Of a DNA stretch of 64,000 bases, positions 1 through 10,089 are shown piece by piece; positions within the stretch are counted from its first letter, which is position 1; every line of letters begins with the position of its first letter. This stretch comes from an uncultured Gemmatimonadales bacterium (GTDB taxonomy: Bacteria; Gemmatimonadota; Gemmatimonadetes; Longimicrobiales; RSA9), in contig CAVUKA010000004.1 in assembly GCA_963741945.1 (NCBI GenBank), positions 160,001-224,000 of the forward strand. The letters run 5' to 3'. The position numbers and the translations under genes were made by a program. Under the pieces are notes generated by a model. It saw only the letters and a list, made by a program, of their open reading frames with translations. It was not told the DNA's origin and did not search any database.

Positions 1-268
1 CGTCCGCGAGGTGATGGAGGCCCGGCCCGCCGCAGGCGAGGGACCCCTCCGCTACGCCATCGAGCTGGTGATGCCGGGCAGCGCGGTGGCTGCGGCCTTC
101 CCGGACGCCGACCCGTCCGCGCGCCCGCTGGTGGTGGAGGTCGCCGACGCCGCGGACCTGTCGCAGCGCATGGCCGCGCTCCTCCAGGGTGGCGCGGTCG
201 TGTCGGGAGTCACACCCCTGACCGAGGGACTCGAAGCGCGCGTGCGTCGCACGCTGGGGGACGGATGA
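1..268 (+). CDS. C-terminal fragment of probable ABC transporter ATP-binding protein (truncated by window start)
   Basis: Ends ...VVSGVTPLTEGLEARV, typical of ABC-2 ATPase tails; stop overlaps the start of the permease (ATGA); no Walker motifs in the window. Confidence 0.55.
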   Translation, partial: VREVMEARPAAGEGPLRYAIELVMPGSAVAAAFPDADPSARPLVVEVADAADLSQRMAALLQGGAVVSGVTPLTEGLEARVRRTLGDG

Positions 269-1035
269 GAGGGATCGCCGCCGCGGTCCGGCTGGCGCTG
301 CTCGATCTCCAGGCCCGTCGTCGCCGGATCCTGGCACTCCTGGCCTTTGCGGCCATCTTCCTCGCCGCGGCGGCCGCCGCCCACACGCTGGCCGCGGGGA
401 CAGGCCGCGTCGATCTCGGCACGCTGTATCAGCTCGGCGGCTACCCGCTGCTGTCCGGGCTTCTCGTCCTCGGCTGGCTCCTCGGGCGATTCCCCCTGGC
501 CGCGACCCTCGTCCTCATGAGCGGCGTGTTCTCCGGCGACCGTGAAACCGGGCTCGCCCGGCTCCTCGGCACACGGCCGGTGTCGCCGGGGCTGCTCTAC
601 GGGACCCGCTTTCTCGTCCTCTCGGCTCTGGCGTTCGCCATCAGCGCGGTCCTGATGCCCCTGTTCGACATCATCATCCTCGGCCAGTGGGCGGGGCCCG
701 CCACGCTCGTCCTCATTGCGGCGCACGTGCTGGTCTGGGGAGGCCTGACCGCCCTCCTTTCCGTGGCCACGCGCCTGGATGCCTGGCTGACCCTGCTCCT
801 CGCTCTCTTTTCCATGGTCTGGGCTTCCCTGGGGAGCGCCGGACTCCTCCCGCTGGCGCCGCCCGTGGCGCGGGCCGTGGCCTTCGTGCTGCCGCCGCAA
901 GCGCAGCTGTTCGCTCTCGAGGGGGCGTTCGTCGACGTGCAGGGCATCCCGTGGCCCGCTTTCTGGTTCGCGGCCGGATACGGCGGCGTGACGCTGCTTC
1001 TGGCGGCCGTCCTCGTCCGCCACCGGGAGATCTGA
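265..1035 (+). CDS. ABC-2 type transporter permease
   Basis: About 6 hydrophobic segments; DRETGLARLLGTRPVS motif typical of ABC-2 permeases; ends RHREI. Confidence 0.75.
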   Translation: MRGIAAAVRLALLDLQARRRRILALLAFAAIFLAAAAAAHTLAAGTGRVDLGTLYQLGGYPLLSGLLVLGWLLGRFPLAATLVLMSGVFSGDRETGLARLLGTRPVSPGLLYGTRFLVLSALAFAISAVLMPLFDIIILGQWAGPATLVLIAAHVLVWGGLTALLSVATRLDAWLTLLLALFSMVWASLGSAGLLPLAPPVARAVAFVLPPQAQLFALEGAFVDVQGIPWPAFWFAAGYGGVTLLLAAVLVRHREI

Positions 1036-1041
1036 ACGGCG

Positions 1042-2118
1042 CTACACCCCCGCGGCCCGGAGCGCCGCGCCGGCCACGTCCCGCAGATCGCCGAGCGACG
1101 CCGCCAGTTCTCCATGCCCGCGTCCGACGACCAGGCCGAGCGCCGGATTGCGCGTGTGCGCACGGCCCGTGTCCTCGATGTTGCCGTGGTCGCTCACCAC
1201 GAGCACCGTGGCATCCGCCGACAGGGCGTCCAGAACACCGCCCAGAAACGCGTCCACGCGCTCCAGCGCGGCCACCGCCTCTTGCATCGTTCCACGGTGC
1301 CCTACCAGGTCCGTGCTGTAGTGGGCGAACAGCGTCAGGTCGGTACGGCCCACGATCCGCGCCAGCACGGCGCCGGCCTCGGCGGGCGTCGGCTCGGGCA
1401 GGGAGCGCCCCAGGTGACGGATCCAGCCGCCGTTGGTGATCTCGCTGGCCACCGCATCGCCCGCGGCGAGCTCGGCCGTGTGGCGCGTGAGCGCGCCCGC
1501 ACCGATGGCGGCCAGGGGCGGACCCGCGCGCAGCGGACCGAGCCGGCGGCTCGACAGGAGCCGGTCCATGGGCCGTTCCACCTGGTCGGCCCGGTCCCGG
1601 CTTCCCCCCTGCCCGGCTAGGGCACCCGGGGCCTCCATCCCGTGGCCGACCTCGCGCTCCGGGCGGAGGGCTCGCCTCACCAGCTCTTCCGGGTACGCGT
1701 TCGCGAATGCGACCCGGCGTCCCGCCGCCTTCGCCAGCGCCAGCACGCTCCGCCCCGCGACGAGCGGCCGCAGCGCCGTCGGCACCCAGGGACCCTGATG
1801 GCGCCCGAAGCGGCGAACGGCGTCGTCGCCCGTGAGAAGCGTTGCCTGGCCCGTACCGCTCTGGGGCAGGCCGGGCACTCCGAGAGTGGCGTCCACCCCC
1901 ACGAGGCTGGCGTCGGCGCCATGGTACGGAGCGGCCTGGAGCGTGGGCCTGCGCCCGCCGAGGAGCGCATCGAGCGTGGGAAGACGGGCCGCCATGAACG
2001 GGTTGTCTGATGTGGCGGGGCCCAGCCCCACGCCGTCCACGAACAGGAGCAGCGCGCGACCGGGCCCCGCCGGAGCGCCGTCGGCGGCGACGCTCCGGTT
2101 CGGCCAGCGGGTGTTCAG
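1042..2118 (-). CDS. Alkaline phosphatase superfamily metalloenzyme (phosphoglycerate mutase/phosphopentomutase-like)
   Basis: LLLFVDGVGLG, PQSGTGQ, TDLVGH, SDHGNIED and HTRNP metal-binding motifs; frame open upstream of the 2040 GTG; probable CTG start at 2118. Confidence 0.75.
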   Translation of the reverse strand: MNTRWPNRSVAADGAPAGPGRALLLFVDGVGLGPATSDNPFMAARLPTLDALLGGRRPTLQAAPYHGADASLVGVDATLGVPGLPQSGTGQATLLTGDDAVRRFGRHQGPWVPTALRPLVAGRSVLALAKAAGRRVAFANAYPEELVRRALRPEREVGHGMEAPGALAGQGGSRDRADQVERPMDRLLSSRRLGPLRAGPPLAAIGAGALTRHTAELAAGDAVASEITNGGWIRHLGRSLPEPTPAEAGAVLARIVGRTDLTLFAHYSTDLVGHRGTMQEAVAALERVDAFLGGVLDALSADATVLVVSDHGNIEDTGRAHTRNPALGLVVGRGHGELAASLGDLRDVAGAALRAAGV

Positions 2119-5100
2119 CCTTCCGCCTCCTCTTCCGCTGCCGTCTCCGGGATCATGGTGCGATCCACCGGTTTCATGTCGCGGGCCTCGAGCTGCTGGT
2201 TGAACGCCACCAGGTCCTGCGCCAGGATGGCGTCCAACCGATCCAGCTGCCGCCCCAGCTCCCCCGAGAGCTGCTCGTAAACATCATAGCTCTGCCGTGT
2301 CGGACGGCCTTCCGCACCCTCCACCACGCCCATGAGCGCGGCCAGCTTGTTGTTCAGCTTGATCGGGAAGTTCAGCGGGTCCTGGCCGCTCCGGTTCCTG
2401 ACCTGGTAGAGCTCGCCCTCCACGTCCGCCATGGACGCCAGCAGCCCGTTCCCCGCCGCCTTCAGCTCCGCATCGTCCGGCTTCGCTTCCAGCCTGGACT
2501 CCACCTGCTCCCGGATCCCGCGGATCAGCCGGACGGCGTCGTTCGCCGCGCTGACCCGGTCGCGGATCTGCATCCCGAGCCGGAACTGCTCCGTCAGATC
2601 TTCACCCGTGACGTTCGGCAGCCGCGGGTCGGCGAGGATCCGGAACGTGCGAGTCTGCGTTTTCCCGCCCGACGTCAGCCGCACGCTGTATTCGCCGGGA
2701 GGGGCGGTGGGGCCGTAACGCACGGAGCCGGCCCACAGGATGATGCCCGGGAACGTCGTGGGGCCGGGGTAGCGGAGCGGCCACGTGAACGTGTTCATCC
2801 CCTCCGTCATCGGGGGCGACGACGGCCCGGCCGGACGGCGCGGCCCTTCGTCCTCCTCCTCCCCGGCCGCCGCTTCCTTCTTCGTGGAGTCCGCCGGCGG
2901 CTCCCCCTGCCACGACTGGATCACCGTCCCGTCCGGCCCGAGGATCGCCAGCTCCAGAGACTTGGCCGGGGCGGCCAGGTGGTAGGCGATGCGGAGCGGC
3001 CCGCTCACGCCGAGCACCGCGTCGTCCGGCTGGAACAGGTGGACATCCTCGGCCGCGACCCGGGGCGTGAGCTGCCGCAGCGGCGAGATGTCGTCCATGA
3101 TCCAGAAGCCGCGACCATGCGTGGCGATCACGAGATCGTTCCCCTGGACCACGAGGTCCGCCACCTGCGTCACCGGCAGGTTCCGCGACAGCGATTGCCA
3201 GCGCGCCCCGTCATCCCAGCTCACGTACACGCCCGTCTCCGTGCCCGCGTACAGCAGCCCGGGGCGCACCGGGTCCTCCCGAACTGCGCGGGTGAAGGCG
3301 CCCTCCGGCATCCCGGCGGAGATGTCCGTCCACGTCTTCCCGCAGTCGCTGGTCCGGAAGGCATACGGCTTCTGATCGCCGAGCAGGTAGCGGTTCGCGG
3401 CGACATAGGCCCGGCACGCGTCGTGGGGCGACGCATCGATGAGGCTGATCCGGCTCAGACGCGGCAGCTGCGGCGGCGTGATGTCCGTCCAGTGGGCGCC
3501 GCCGTCCCGGGTGATGTGCACGAGCCCGTCATCGGACCCCGCCCAGAGCGTGAGCGAGTCCTGGAGCGACGGCGCCAGCGTGAACACCGTGGCGAACGTC
3601 TCCACGCCCGTCTGGTCCTTGGTGATGGGTCCGCCGCTGGGACCGAGCGTGGCCGTGTCGGCCAGCGTCAGGTCCGGGCTTATCTTCTCCCAGCTCCGGC
3701 CTTCCGTGCTCGTCTTCCACACGTGCTGCGACGTGGCGAACAGGACGTTCGGGTTCTGCGGCGAGAATACGATCGGGAACGTCCACTGGAATCGTTCCGC
3801 GATGTCTTCGGCCGAGTAGCCCATCGGGTTGTCCGGCCAGGGGTTCACCATCGTGCTGATCCCCGTGTCACGGTCATAGCGCTCCAGATACCCGCCGTAG
3901 CTGCCGCCGTACGTGACGTCCGGGTCCTCCGGGTCCACCGCGATGTAGCCGCTCTCACCCCCCGCCACGCGATAGAAGCTCGCCGGGCCGCCATCGCTCG
4001 GCATGCACAGCGTGCTGTTGTCCTGCTGCGCCCCGCACACGTGATACGGGATGTCGCTCGTCGTGGTGACGTGATAGATCTGCGCCGTGGAGAAGTCCTG
4101 GTCCGTCCATGTCTCCCCGCCGTTCACGCTCACGTTCCCGCCACCGTCGTTCCCGTTGACCATCCGCCGGTCGTTCCCGGGCGCGACCCACAGGTCGTGA
4201 TTGTCACCGTGCGGCACACGGAAGCGCGTCGGGAACGTCTCGCCCCCGTCCGTCGACTTGTAGAAGGCCGTGTTCAGGACGTACACCACGTCCTTCTCCT
4301 GCGGGTCGGCATAGATGCGCGTGTAGTAGAACGCCCGCTGGCGCAGCTTTCGCTCCTCGTTCGTCTTGGTCCATGTCGCCCCGCCATCATCGCTCCGGAA
4401 GACACCGCCTTCCGCCGCCTCCACGATGGCATAGACCCGCTGCGGGTCCACCGGCGATACGCTGACGCCGATCTTGCCGAGAGGCCCCGCCGGCATCCCG
4501 GGGTTGTCGCTCAGGAGGTCCCACGTCTCTCCGCCATCAGTGGTCCTGTACAGCCCGCTGCCCGCCCCGCCGCTCGACATCCCCCACGGCTTCCGCCAGA
4601 CCTGCCACATCGCGGCATAGACGGTGTTCGGGTCGCGGGGGTCCAGGCTCAGCTCCACCGCGCCCGTCGTGTCGTTGACGCTCAGGAGCTGCTGCCACGT
4701 CTTGCCGCCGTCCCTGCTACGGTACACGCCGCGCTCCGGGTTCGCATCGCCGTAGTGGCCCAGCGCCGCGACCCACACGTCGTCGCAGTCCTTCGGGTTG
4801 GACCGCACCTTGGCGATGTTCCTCGCCGCTTCCAGGCCGATGTGCTGCCAGCTCTCGCCCGCGTCCGCGCTGCGGTAGACGCCATCCCCCGGCATCACGT
4901 TCCCCCGCAGGTCGGACTCCCCCATGCCGATGTAGACGACGTCCGGATCCGCCGCGCACACGTCCACCGCCCCCACGCTCGAGCTGCCGATCTGGCCGTC
5001 CGTCACGGGGCGCCACGTCGTGCCACCATCCGTGGTCTTCCACAGCCCGCCGCCCGTGGCGCCGAAGTAGTACTCGTTCGGCCGCGCATCACTCCCGGCC

Positions 5101-5288
5101 ACCGCGATCGAGCGCCCGCCCCGCGCCGGGCCCAGGTTCCGCCAGCGGAACGGCTGGAGCAGCTCCTCCGCGTAGACGGGCCTTGGCGCCTCCGGTCCCT
5201 GCGCGGACGTCGCGGCCGGGGCACAGCCGGCGGTGGCGAGCGCGAGGAGTCCGGCGGCTCGCAGTCGGATACGGCGGCTTCGGCGCAT
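2115..5288 (-). CDS. VPS10/BNR-repeat glycosyl hydrolase-like lipoprotein
   Basis: Signal peptide with TAGC; many S/TxDGGxTW Asp-box repeats; WRNLGPARGGR N-terminal motif; PHGDNHDLW. Confidence 0.85.
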   Translation of the reverse strand: MRRSRRIRLRAAGLLALATAGCAPAATSAQGPEAPRPVYAEELLQPFRWRNLGPARGGRSIAVAGSDARPNEYYFGATGGGLWKTTDGGTTWRPVTDGQIGSSSVGAVDVCAADPDVVYIGMGESDLRGNVMPGDGVYRSADAGESWQHIGLEAARNIAKVRSNPKDCDDVWVAALGHYGDANPERGVYRSRDGGKTWQQLLSVNDTTGAVELSLDPRDPNTVYAAMWQVWRKPWGMSSGGAGSGLYRTTDGGETWDLLSDNPGMPAGPLGKIGVSVSPVDPQRVYAIVEAAEGGVFRSDDGGATWTKTNEERKLRQRAFYYTRIYADPQEKDVVYVLNTAFYKSTDGGETFPTRFRVPHGDNHDLWVAPGNDRRMVNGNDGGGNVSVNGGETWTDQDFSTAQIYHVTTTSDIPYHVCGAQQDNSTLCMPSDGGPASFYRVAGGESGYIAVDPEDPDVTYGGSYGGYLERYDRDTGISTMVNPWPDNPMGYSAEDIAERFQWTFPIVFSPQNPNVLFATSQHVWKTSTEGRSWEKISPDLTLADTATLGPSGGPITKDQTGVETFATVFTLAPSLQDSLTLWAGSDDGLVHITRDGGAHWTDITPPQLPRLSRISLIDASPHDACRAYVAANRYLLGDQKPYAFRTSDCGKTWTDISAGMPEGAFTRAVREDPVRPGLLYAGTETGVYVSWDDGARWQSLSRNLPVTQVADLVVQGNDLVIATHGRGFWIMDDISPLRQLTPRVAAEDVHLFQPDDAVLGVSGPLRIAYHLAAPAKSLELAILGPDGTVIQSWQGEPPADSTKKEAAAGEEEDEGPRRPAGPSSPPMTEGMNTFTWPLRYPGPTTFPGIILWAGSVRYGPTAPPGEYSVRLTSGGKTQTRTFRILADPRLPNVTGEDLTEQFRLGMQIRDRVSAANDAVRLIRGIREQVESRLEAKPDDAELKAAGNGLLASMADVEGELYQVRNRSGQDPLNFPIKLNNKLAALMGVVEGAEGRPTRQSYDVYEQLSGELGRQLDRLDAILAQDLVAFNQQLEARDMKPVDRTMIPETAAEEEAEG

Positions 5289-5529
5289 CCTTCTCTTCCT
5301 TTCGGTCGGGGTGTTTTCGGGTGGGGCGAGGTGGGTAGAGTGGCCGGCGGGTCACGACGGTGTCAAGCGGACCCCCGTCGCTCCCACGCGGAGCGGCTCC
5401 GGCGCCCGCGGTGCACGCGCACCTTGCCCTCCGACGTCTCAGCCGGCATTTCACCATCCCCGCCCGAACCCCGGCCACGTACCGGTGTACACGAGCGGGT
5501 CGGAAACACCGAGCAATGGGGAAGACGAG

Positions 5530-6105
5530 ATGTTGGAGTTTACCGATAAGGCGCGCGAGATGGTCCTCCATTACGCAGACGCCATGGAGAAGCCCGCGCT
5601 GAGGATCTCGGTCCACGGCAGCCCTTTCGCCCCGCAGTACGAGTTCGCTCTCGTCGAGGACGGCGCTCGTTCTGCCGATGAAGTGATCCAGCTCGAGGGC
5701 TTTCGCGTCCTCCTGGATCCGGAAAGCCTGGAGCGGATCAGGGGCTCCGTCGTGGAGTGGGTGGAAGAGGAGCACCGCACCGGCTTCGAGATCCGGAACC
5801 CGAACGTGCGCAACCTGGGAGAGGTCGCACCGCAAGGCGAGATGGCGGAGCGGGTGCGCCACGTGCTCGAGACGCAGGTGAACCCCGGCGTCGCATCCCA
5901 TGGCGGCCGCATCGAGCTGGTCGACGTCGACGGCAACGACGTCTACCTCGAGCTCGGCGGCGGGTGCCAGGGGTGCGGCATGGCCCGTGTCACGCTGAAG
6001 CAGGGCGTGGAGCGGATGCTCCGGGAGGCCATCCCCGACCTCGGACAGGTGATCGACGCAACCGATCACGCGGCCGGCTCGAACCCGTATTACGCCCGCA
6101 CCTGA
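5530..6105 (+). CDS. nfuA: Fe-S biogenesis protein NfuA
   Basis: N-terminal degenerate A-type carrier domain plus NifU C-terminal domain VNPGVASHGG...GGGCQGC; ends TDHAAGSNPYY. Confidence 0.85.
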   Translation: MLEFTDKAREMVLHYADAMEKPALRISVHGSPFAPQYEFALVEDGARSADEVIQLEGFRVLLDPESLERIRGSVVEWVEEEHRTGFEIRNPNVRNLGEVAPQGEMAERVRHVLETQVNPGVASHGGRIELVDVDGNDVYLELGGGCQGCGMARVTLKQGVERMLREAIPDLGQVIDATDHAAGSNPYYART

Positions 6106-6219
6106 GCTCTGGCCCGACCGCGCCCCTGATCCGCGCCCCCGCCGCGCGGGCCGGGGCCGGCCGGGCGAGCTCGACCGCGCCCCCGAGATCATGGACATCC
6201 GCTGCCAGAGTGCCCGCCA

Positions 6220-7794
6220 GTGACGCTTCGCGGCGGCTCTCTCGTCCAGTGGTTCCGTGAGCAGGAGCTGCTCCGGGGGCCATTCCTTTTCGTCGACTAC
6301 TGGGCCAACGTCCTCAGCCTCGACGGCGTGATCCCGGACGAGCACACCGAGCGCCGGTTCATCGATCTCCCGCTCTTCAGGCTCGGGATCGACCGGCCGG
6401 ACCTCGAAACGCCCCGGCTCTGGTCATACTTCCTCCTGTTCCTGCTCGGGCCGTTCCTCTTCGCGTTCCGGTCGTTCCGCCGACTGGGACGCTACCGCCT
6501 GCGCTTCGCCAACCGGCACGCCACAGAGGTCCAGGAGGCCCTCGGCGCCTACCGGCTCCGACTGGATCCCGCCGGCCACCCGCCGGATCCGGAGGGCGAC
6601 CCCGGCCTCGGACCACGCTGCGACGTCTTCATCGGTGACACCCTGCTCGCCCGCGACCTCCTCGATCCCTACCGCGTCGCGGGGTTCAGCTCCCTGTTCT
6701 GGGCCACCAACAAGCTTCCGGTGGCCTCGTTCGCGGGTCTCCTGGTGGTGGGCGTGTCTGCGCCACTGCTCGCGGCCACGCACCTCCTGGGCATCACGGC
6801 CCATTACTGGATCCCGGTGGGATTCCCGCTCCTGGTCCTGGTGCTACACGCCGTGTTTCGCGAGTGGGCCACCGCTATCCTCGGAGGCCTGCCCATCCTC
6901 CTCGGCACGTTGCTCGTGGGCGTGTTGAACCCGTCCACGCCCGTGGACTGGTCCGTGTTCTTCACCGTTCTGGTCGGCATTTACGTCCTGTACCTCCTGG
7001 CGGACGCGTTCTTTCTCCCCCGGCCCGTGCCGCCCGTCCTGCTCCTCTACACCCGCAGCGGACCCGGCCGCCCATACGCCAGGGACCAGGACGAGCCATG
7101 GTGGCTGGAGGGGGAGGCCTACTGGGTCTGGCGCTACCTCCTCCTTTCGCCCGCCGAAGTCAACAAGTTCTGGGAGCGGGACTGGGAGCGCGTCGACCTC
7201 TGGATCCGGGCCGACGGCCCCGACGCCGGGCGGCTCGAATGGGTGGTCACGGACCTGCACTATCGCGAGCTCTGGGTGCCGTACCACCGGCTCGGCGACC
7301 CGGCCACGCTCGAGCGCCAGCGCGAAAAGGCGGCCGCCGCTGCTGCCGGAGACGGGGCGGGAATCTGGCTGGTCGAGGTGGATGCCGACCTGATCTTCCA
7401 CTCACCGGTCTTCCGTGCCGTTTCCTTCCTGACGGACCGCGGCGGCGTTCCCGTGCGCGGGTTCATCCACGTCCTGCGCTCGCTCTGGAAACGGGTGCGC
7501 GATGACGACGTCGCCGCCCCGATGCGCGCCCTGCAGCGGATCCGAATGGAGGAGGGCGTGGACGTGCTCGGGGACATTCCCGAGATCATCAGCCAGCGAG
7601 CGGAGGAGCGCATCCTGGCGGAGCCATGGATATACTGGCGGTATCCGCTCGGTGCCGCACGCCTGCGCACCCCGCGGCTCTACGAGCCGCTCCGCCCCCT
7701 GACAGCGCCCGCCGCCGCCGATCCCGGGCTTCAGGTCAAGGCGCCCGCGGCGCGGGACGCGCCCCCGATGCGGAAGCCTCCCCCGCAGGCGTAG
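6220..7794 (+). CDS. Hypothetical integral membrane protein
   Basis: 524 aa ORF with high-GC codon usage, about 5 TM segments and a Trp-rich soluble C-terminal domain. Confidence 0.6.
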   Translation: MTLRGGSLVQWFREQELLRGPFLFVDYWANVLSLDGVIPDEHTERRFIDLPLFRLGIDRPDLETPRLWSYFLLFLLGPFLFAFRSFRRLGRYRLRFANRHATEVQEALGAYRLRLDPAGHPPDPEGDPGLGPRCDVFIGDTLLARDLLDPYRVAGFSSLFWATNKLPVASFAGLLVVGVSAPLLAATHLLGITAHYWIPVGFPLLVLVLHAVFREWATAILGGLPILLGTLLVGVLNPSTPVDWSVFFTVLVGIYVLYLLADAFFLPRPVPPVLLLYTRSGPGRPYARDQDEPWWLEGEAYWVWRYLLLSPAEVNKFWERDWERVDLWIRADGPDAGRLEWVVTDLHYRELWVPYHRLGDPATLERQREKAAAAAAGDGAGIWLVEVDADLIFHSPVFRAVSFLTDRGGVPVRGFIHVLRSLWKRVRDDDVAAPMRALQRIRMEEGVDVLGDIPEIISQRAEERILAEPWIYWRYPLGAARLRTPRLYEPLRPLTAPAAADPGLQVKAPAARDAPPMRKPPPQA

Positions 7795-7961
7795 GCGCCA
7801 CCGCGCCACTGTCCGGTGCGGCCGTTTCGGTGGGGATCGGTGCATGGCTTCGAGCGGCCCCGGCGACGAGTGCCACCACCACGAGTACTGGCACGGCCAG
7901 CAGCGGCGCGAGCGCCGGCCAACCCGCGCGCCTCACCCCGCACCCCGTTCCGCACCGGCCA

Positions 7962-8723
7962 TCAGCGTGCGGCAGGGGACGCCTCCCTGTCGCGCCGGTC
8001 CGGCGCAGCGACTTCCTCGATGTGGAGCTTGAGCCCCTCGGCCTGGAGTACCTGCATGGCCACGTTGTACACCGGGATCCCCGAAGGGGTCTGGCCCCGA
8101 TAGCGCCCGTGGTGCGCGTGCCCGTGCAGGACCACGTCGGCACCCATCGTCTCGATCGGGTCCAGCAGCCTGGACGAGCCGAGATAGGGAAAGATCTGCT
8201 CTGGCTCTCCCCGCAGCGTCTCGGAGATCGGAGCATAGTGGACCAGCACCACCCGGTGCTGCGACCGCAGCTCCCGCAGCCCCCGCTCCAGCTTCAGCGC
8301 TTCGTCCACCGCCGCCTGGACGAAGTCCTTGATGAGCCGCTCCCCGAAAGGACCGAGCGCGGAGCGGCCGAAGCCGCCCGCGAACCCTTTCACGCCCGTG
8401 AACCCGATCCCCTCGATCTCGACCGCGTTCCCATCGAGAACCACCACGCCGGCGTCGCTCAGCATGCCGCAGATCGCATCCTGGGCGTCCGATTCGAATT
8501 CGTGGTTCCCGAGCACCGCCACAATGGGCATGTCGAGCCCCCGCATCTCCTCGAGCAGCGCCTCCATCTGCTCTGGGCGCCCGTGCGTGGTCAGGTCGCC
8601 CAGCAGCGCCAGAATGTCCGCTTCGCGACGCGCCTCCTCGAAATGCTCCGTCAGTGATCCCCGGGCACGCTCGTCGAAATGGACGTCCCCCACTGCCGCG
8701 ATCCGCACGGTCCGCTCACCCAT
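7962..8723 (-). CDS. Calcineurin-like metallophosphoesterase
   Basis: GDVH, GDLT, GNHE, VHY and HGHAH motifs. Confidence 0.85.
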   Translation of the reverse strand: MGERTVRIAAVGDVHFDERARGSLTEHFEEARREADILALLGDLTTHGRPEQMEALLEEMRGLDMPIVAVLGNHEFESDAQDAICGMLSDAGVVVLDGNAVEIEGIGFTGVKGFAGGFGRSALGPFGERLIKDFVQAAVDEALKLERGLRELRSQHRVVLVHYAPISETLRGEPEQIFPYLGSSRLLDPIETMGADVVLHGHAHHGRYRGQTPSGIPVYNVAMQVLQAEGLKLHIEEVAAPDRRDREASPAAR

Positions 8724-9624
8724 CCCACACCCCCGCGCTGCGGATCTCCTCCACCACGGGCGATGCCTGTCTGGCCGCGACATGGCGCAGACGCTCGTCC
8801 GCGAAGCCCCACTCGTTCACGTCGATGGCGAAGGAGAAGAGGGAGAGCATGGTTCCCCGGCAGACGGGGCGCTCTTCACTTCCGCGATCGCCGGCGGGCG
8901 CGCCACCACCCCCGCTGTCGCCGAAGGCTTCTTCCTCCATCCGACGCAATCGCTGCCGCACCCTGGCCGGAATCGCCGCGCCATGGCCCGGATACACGTA
9001 GTCGAAGAAGTGCAGCTGCAAGGCAAGAAGTCGCCAGTGCCGCCCCGCCCGCTCGAGCAGCCGGTCCCAGTCCAGCTCGCTCCCGCGGTGCAGGATGAGA
9101 TGCACCACGTCCGCCATGTCGAACCGGTGACGCTCGCCGATGAAGAGCCGGTGCCAGATCAGCTCTTCAGGAGGGGCCACACGAACCGGCGTCCCGGCCA
9201 GGATCGCCGGACGGGAGTTGTCGTACCACGCCCGATCGATGAACCCCACGCCGTTCGCCATCCCGAAGATCAGGTCGACCTGCGCCCCTTTCAGCGCTTT
9301 CGCCAGCCAGTGGAGCTCCTCCAGCCGCGTCCGGAAGCCGGCCGCGCTCAGCGCCTCTGCGGCAGCCACCACCTGCTCCGGCTCCAGCAGCAGGTCCAGG
9401 TCCTTGGTCTCCCGATAGATGCCCGTGTAGGAATGGATCGCGTAAAGGCCGCTGACCACGTACGGCACCCCGGCACGGTTCAGCGTCTCCAGCGCCTCGC
9501 GGTATACCTCGCGCTCCGCTTCCGGAATCCAGAACTCCCCGTGCGTGAGCGACTTGCGCTCATTCACGCTGAGGCGCCGCGTTCCCCGCGGGATTGCTCC
9601 CGCTCCATTCGCTTCATGGGTCAT
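8716..9624 (-). CDS. Nucleotidyltransferase (Pol-beta superfamily)
   Basis: VVSGLYAI...RETKDLDLLL (G-x-DxD) motif; overlaps the phosphoesterase gene by 8 nt. Confidence 0.75.
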   Translation of the reverse strand: MTHEANGAGAIPRGTRRLSVNERKSLTHGEFWIPEAEREVYREALETLNRAGVPYVVSGLYAIHSYTGIYRETKDLDLLLEPEQVVAAAEALSAAGFRTRLEELHWLAKALKGAQVDLIFGMANGVGFIDRAWYDNSRPAILAGTPVRVAPPEELIWHRLFIGERHRFDMADVVHLILHRGSELDWDRLLERAGRHWRLLALQLHFFDYVYPGHGAAIPARVRQRLRRMEEEAFGDSGGGGAPAGDRGSEERPVCRGTMLSLFSFAIDVNEWGFADERLRHVAARQASPVVEEIRSAGVWDG

Positions 9625-9674
9625 TGGCTCCCCACCGTGCAAGCGGCGTTCCCCGTTTCTGCTATATTTCCCTC

Positions 9675-10076
9675 ATGCTTGCCAGGTTGATCGCGATCTT
9701 CGTGCTCCTCCCCATCGTGGAGTTGGCCCTCCTCATCCAGATCGGTGACTGGATGGGACTCGGCCCCACTCTCCTCCTCGTCGTTGCCACGGGCGTCCTC
9801 GGCGGCCTGCTGGCCAGACGACAGGGCCTCCGCGCCTGGCTCGCCATCCAGCACGAGCTCCGCGATGGACGCGTCCCGGGCACCGCCCTCGTCGATGGGC
9901 TGCTCATCCTGATCGGTGGGATCCTCCTGCTGACGCCCGGCGTGCTCACCGACCTCTTCGGCCTCTCGCTCCTCGTTCCGCTCTCACGAACGGCCATCAA
10001 GCGCTCGCTCCGACGACGCTTCGAGCGCGCCGTGCAGCGAGGCGATTCCGGCGTTACGGTCTTCTTCCTCCGCTGA
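9675..10076 (+). CDS. fxsA: FxsA family membrane protein
   Basis: PIVELALLIQIG and GILLLTPGVLTDLFG signature. Confidence 0.9.
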   Translation: MLARLIAIFVLLPIVELALLIQIGDWMGLGPTLLLVVATGVLGGLLARRQGLRAWLAIQHELRDGRVPGTALVDGLLILIGGILLLTPGVLTDLFGLSLLVPLSRTAIKRSLRRRFERAVQRGDSGVTVFFLR

Positions 10077-10089
10077 CTCCACGGGCGCC

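Noticed and set aside
2010-5549. 1179-aa + strand ORF and other long Arg/Pro-rich ORFs (e.g. 46675-49116 5' part, 10181-11818, 12968-14524, 17268-18887)
   Set aside because: Antisense or alternate-frame shadows of well-supported genes, expected in high-GC DNA; no motifs
6106-6190. CCGCGCCCC short repeats (also near 18815-18838)
   Set aside because: Short, irregularly spaced and expected at this GC content; not CRISPR or a convincing REP family
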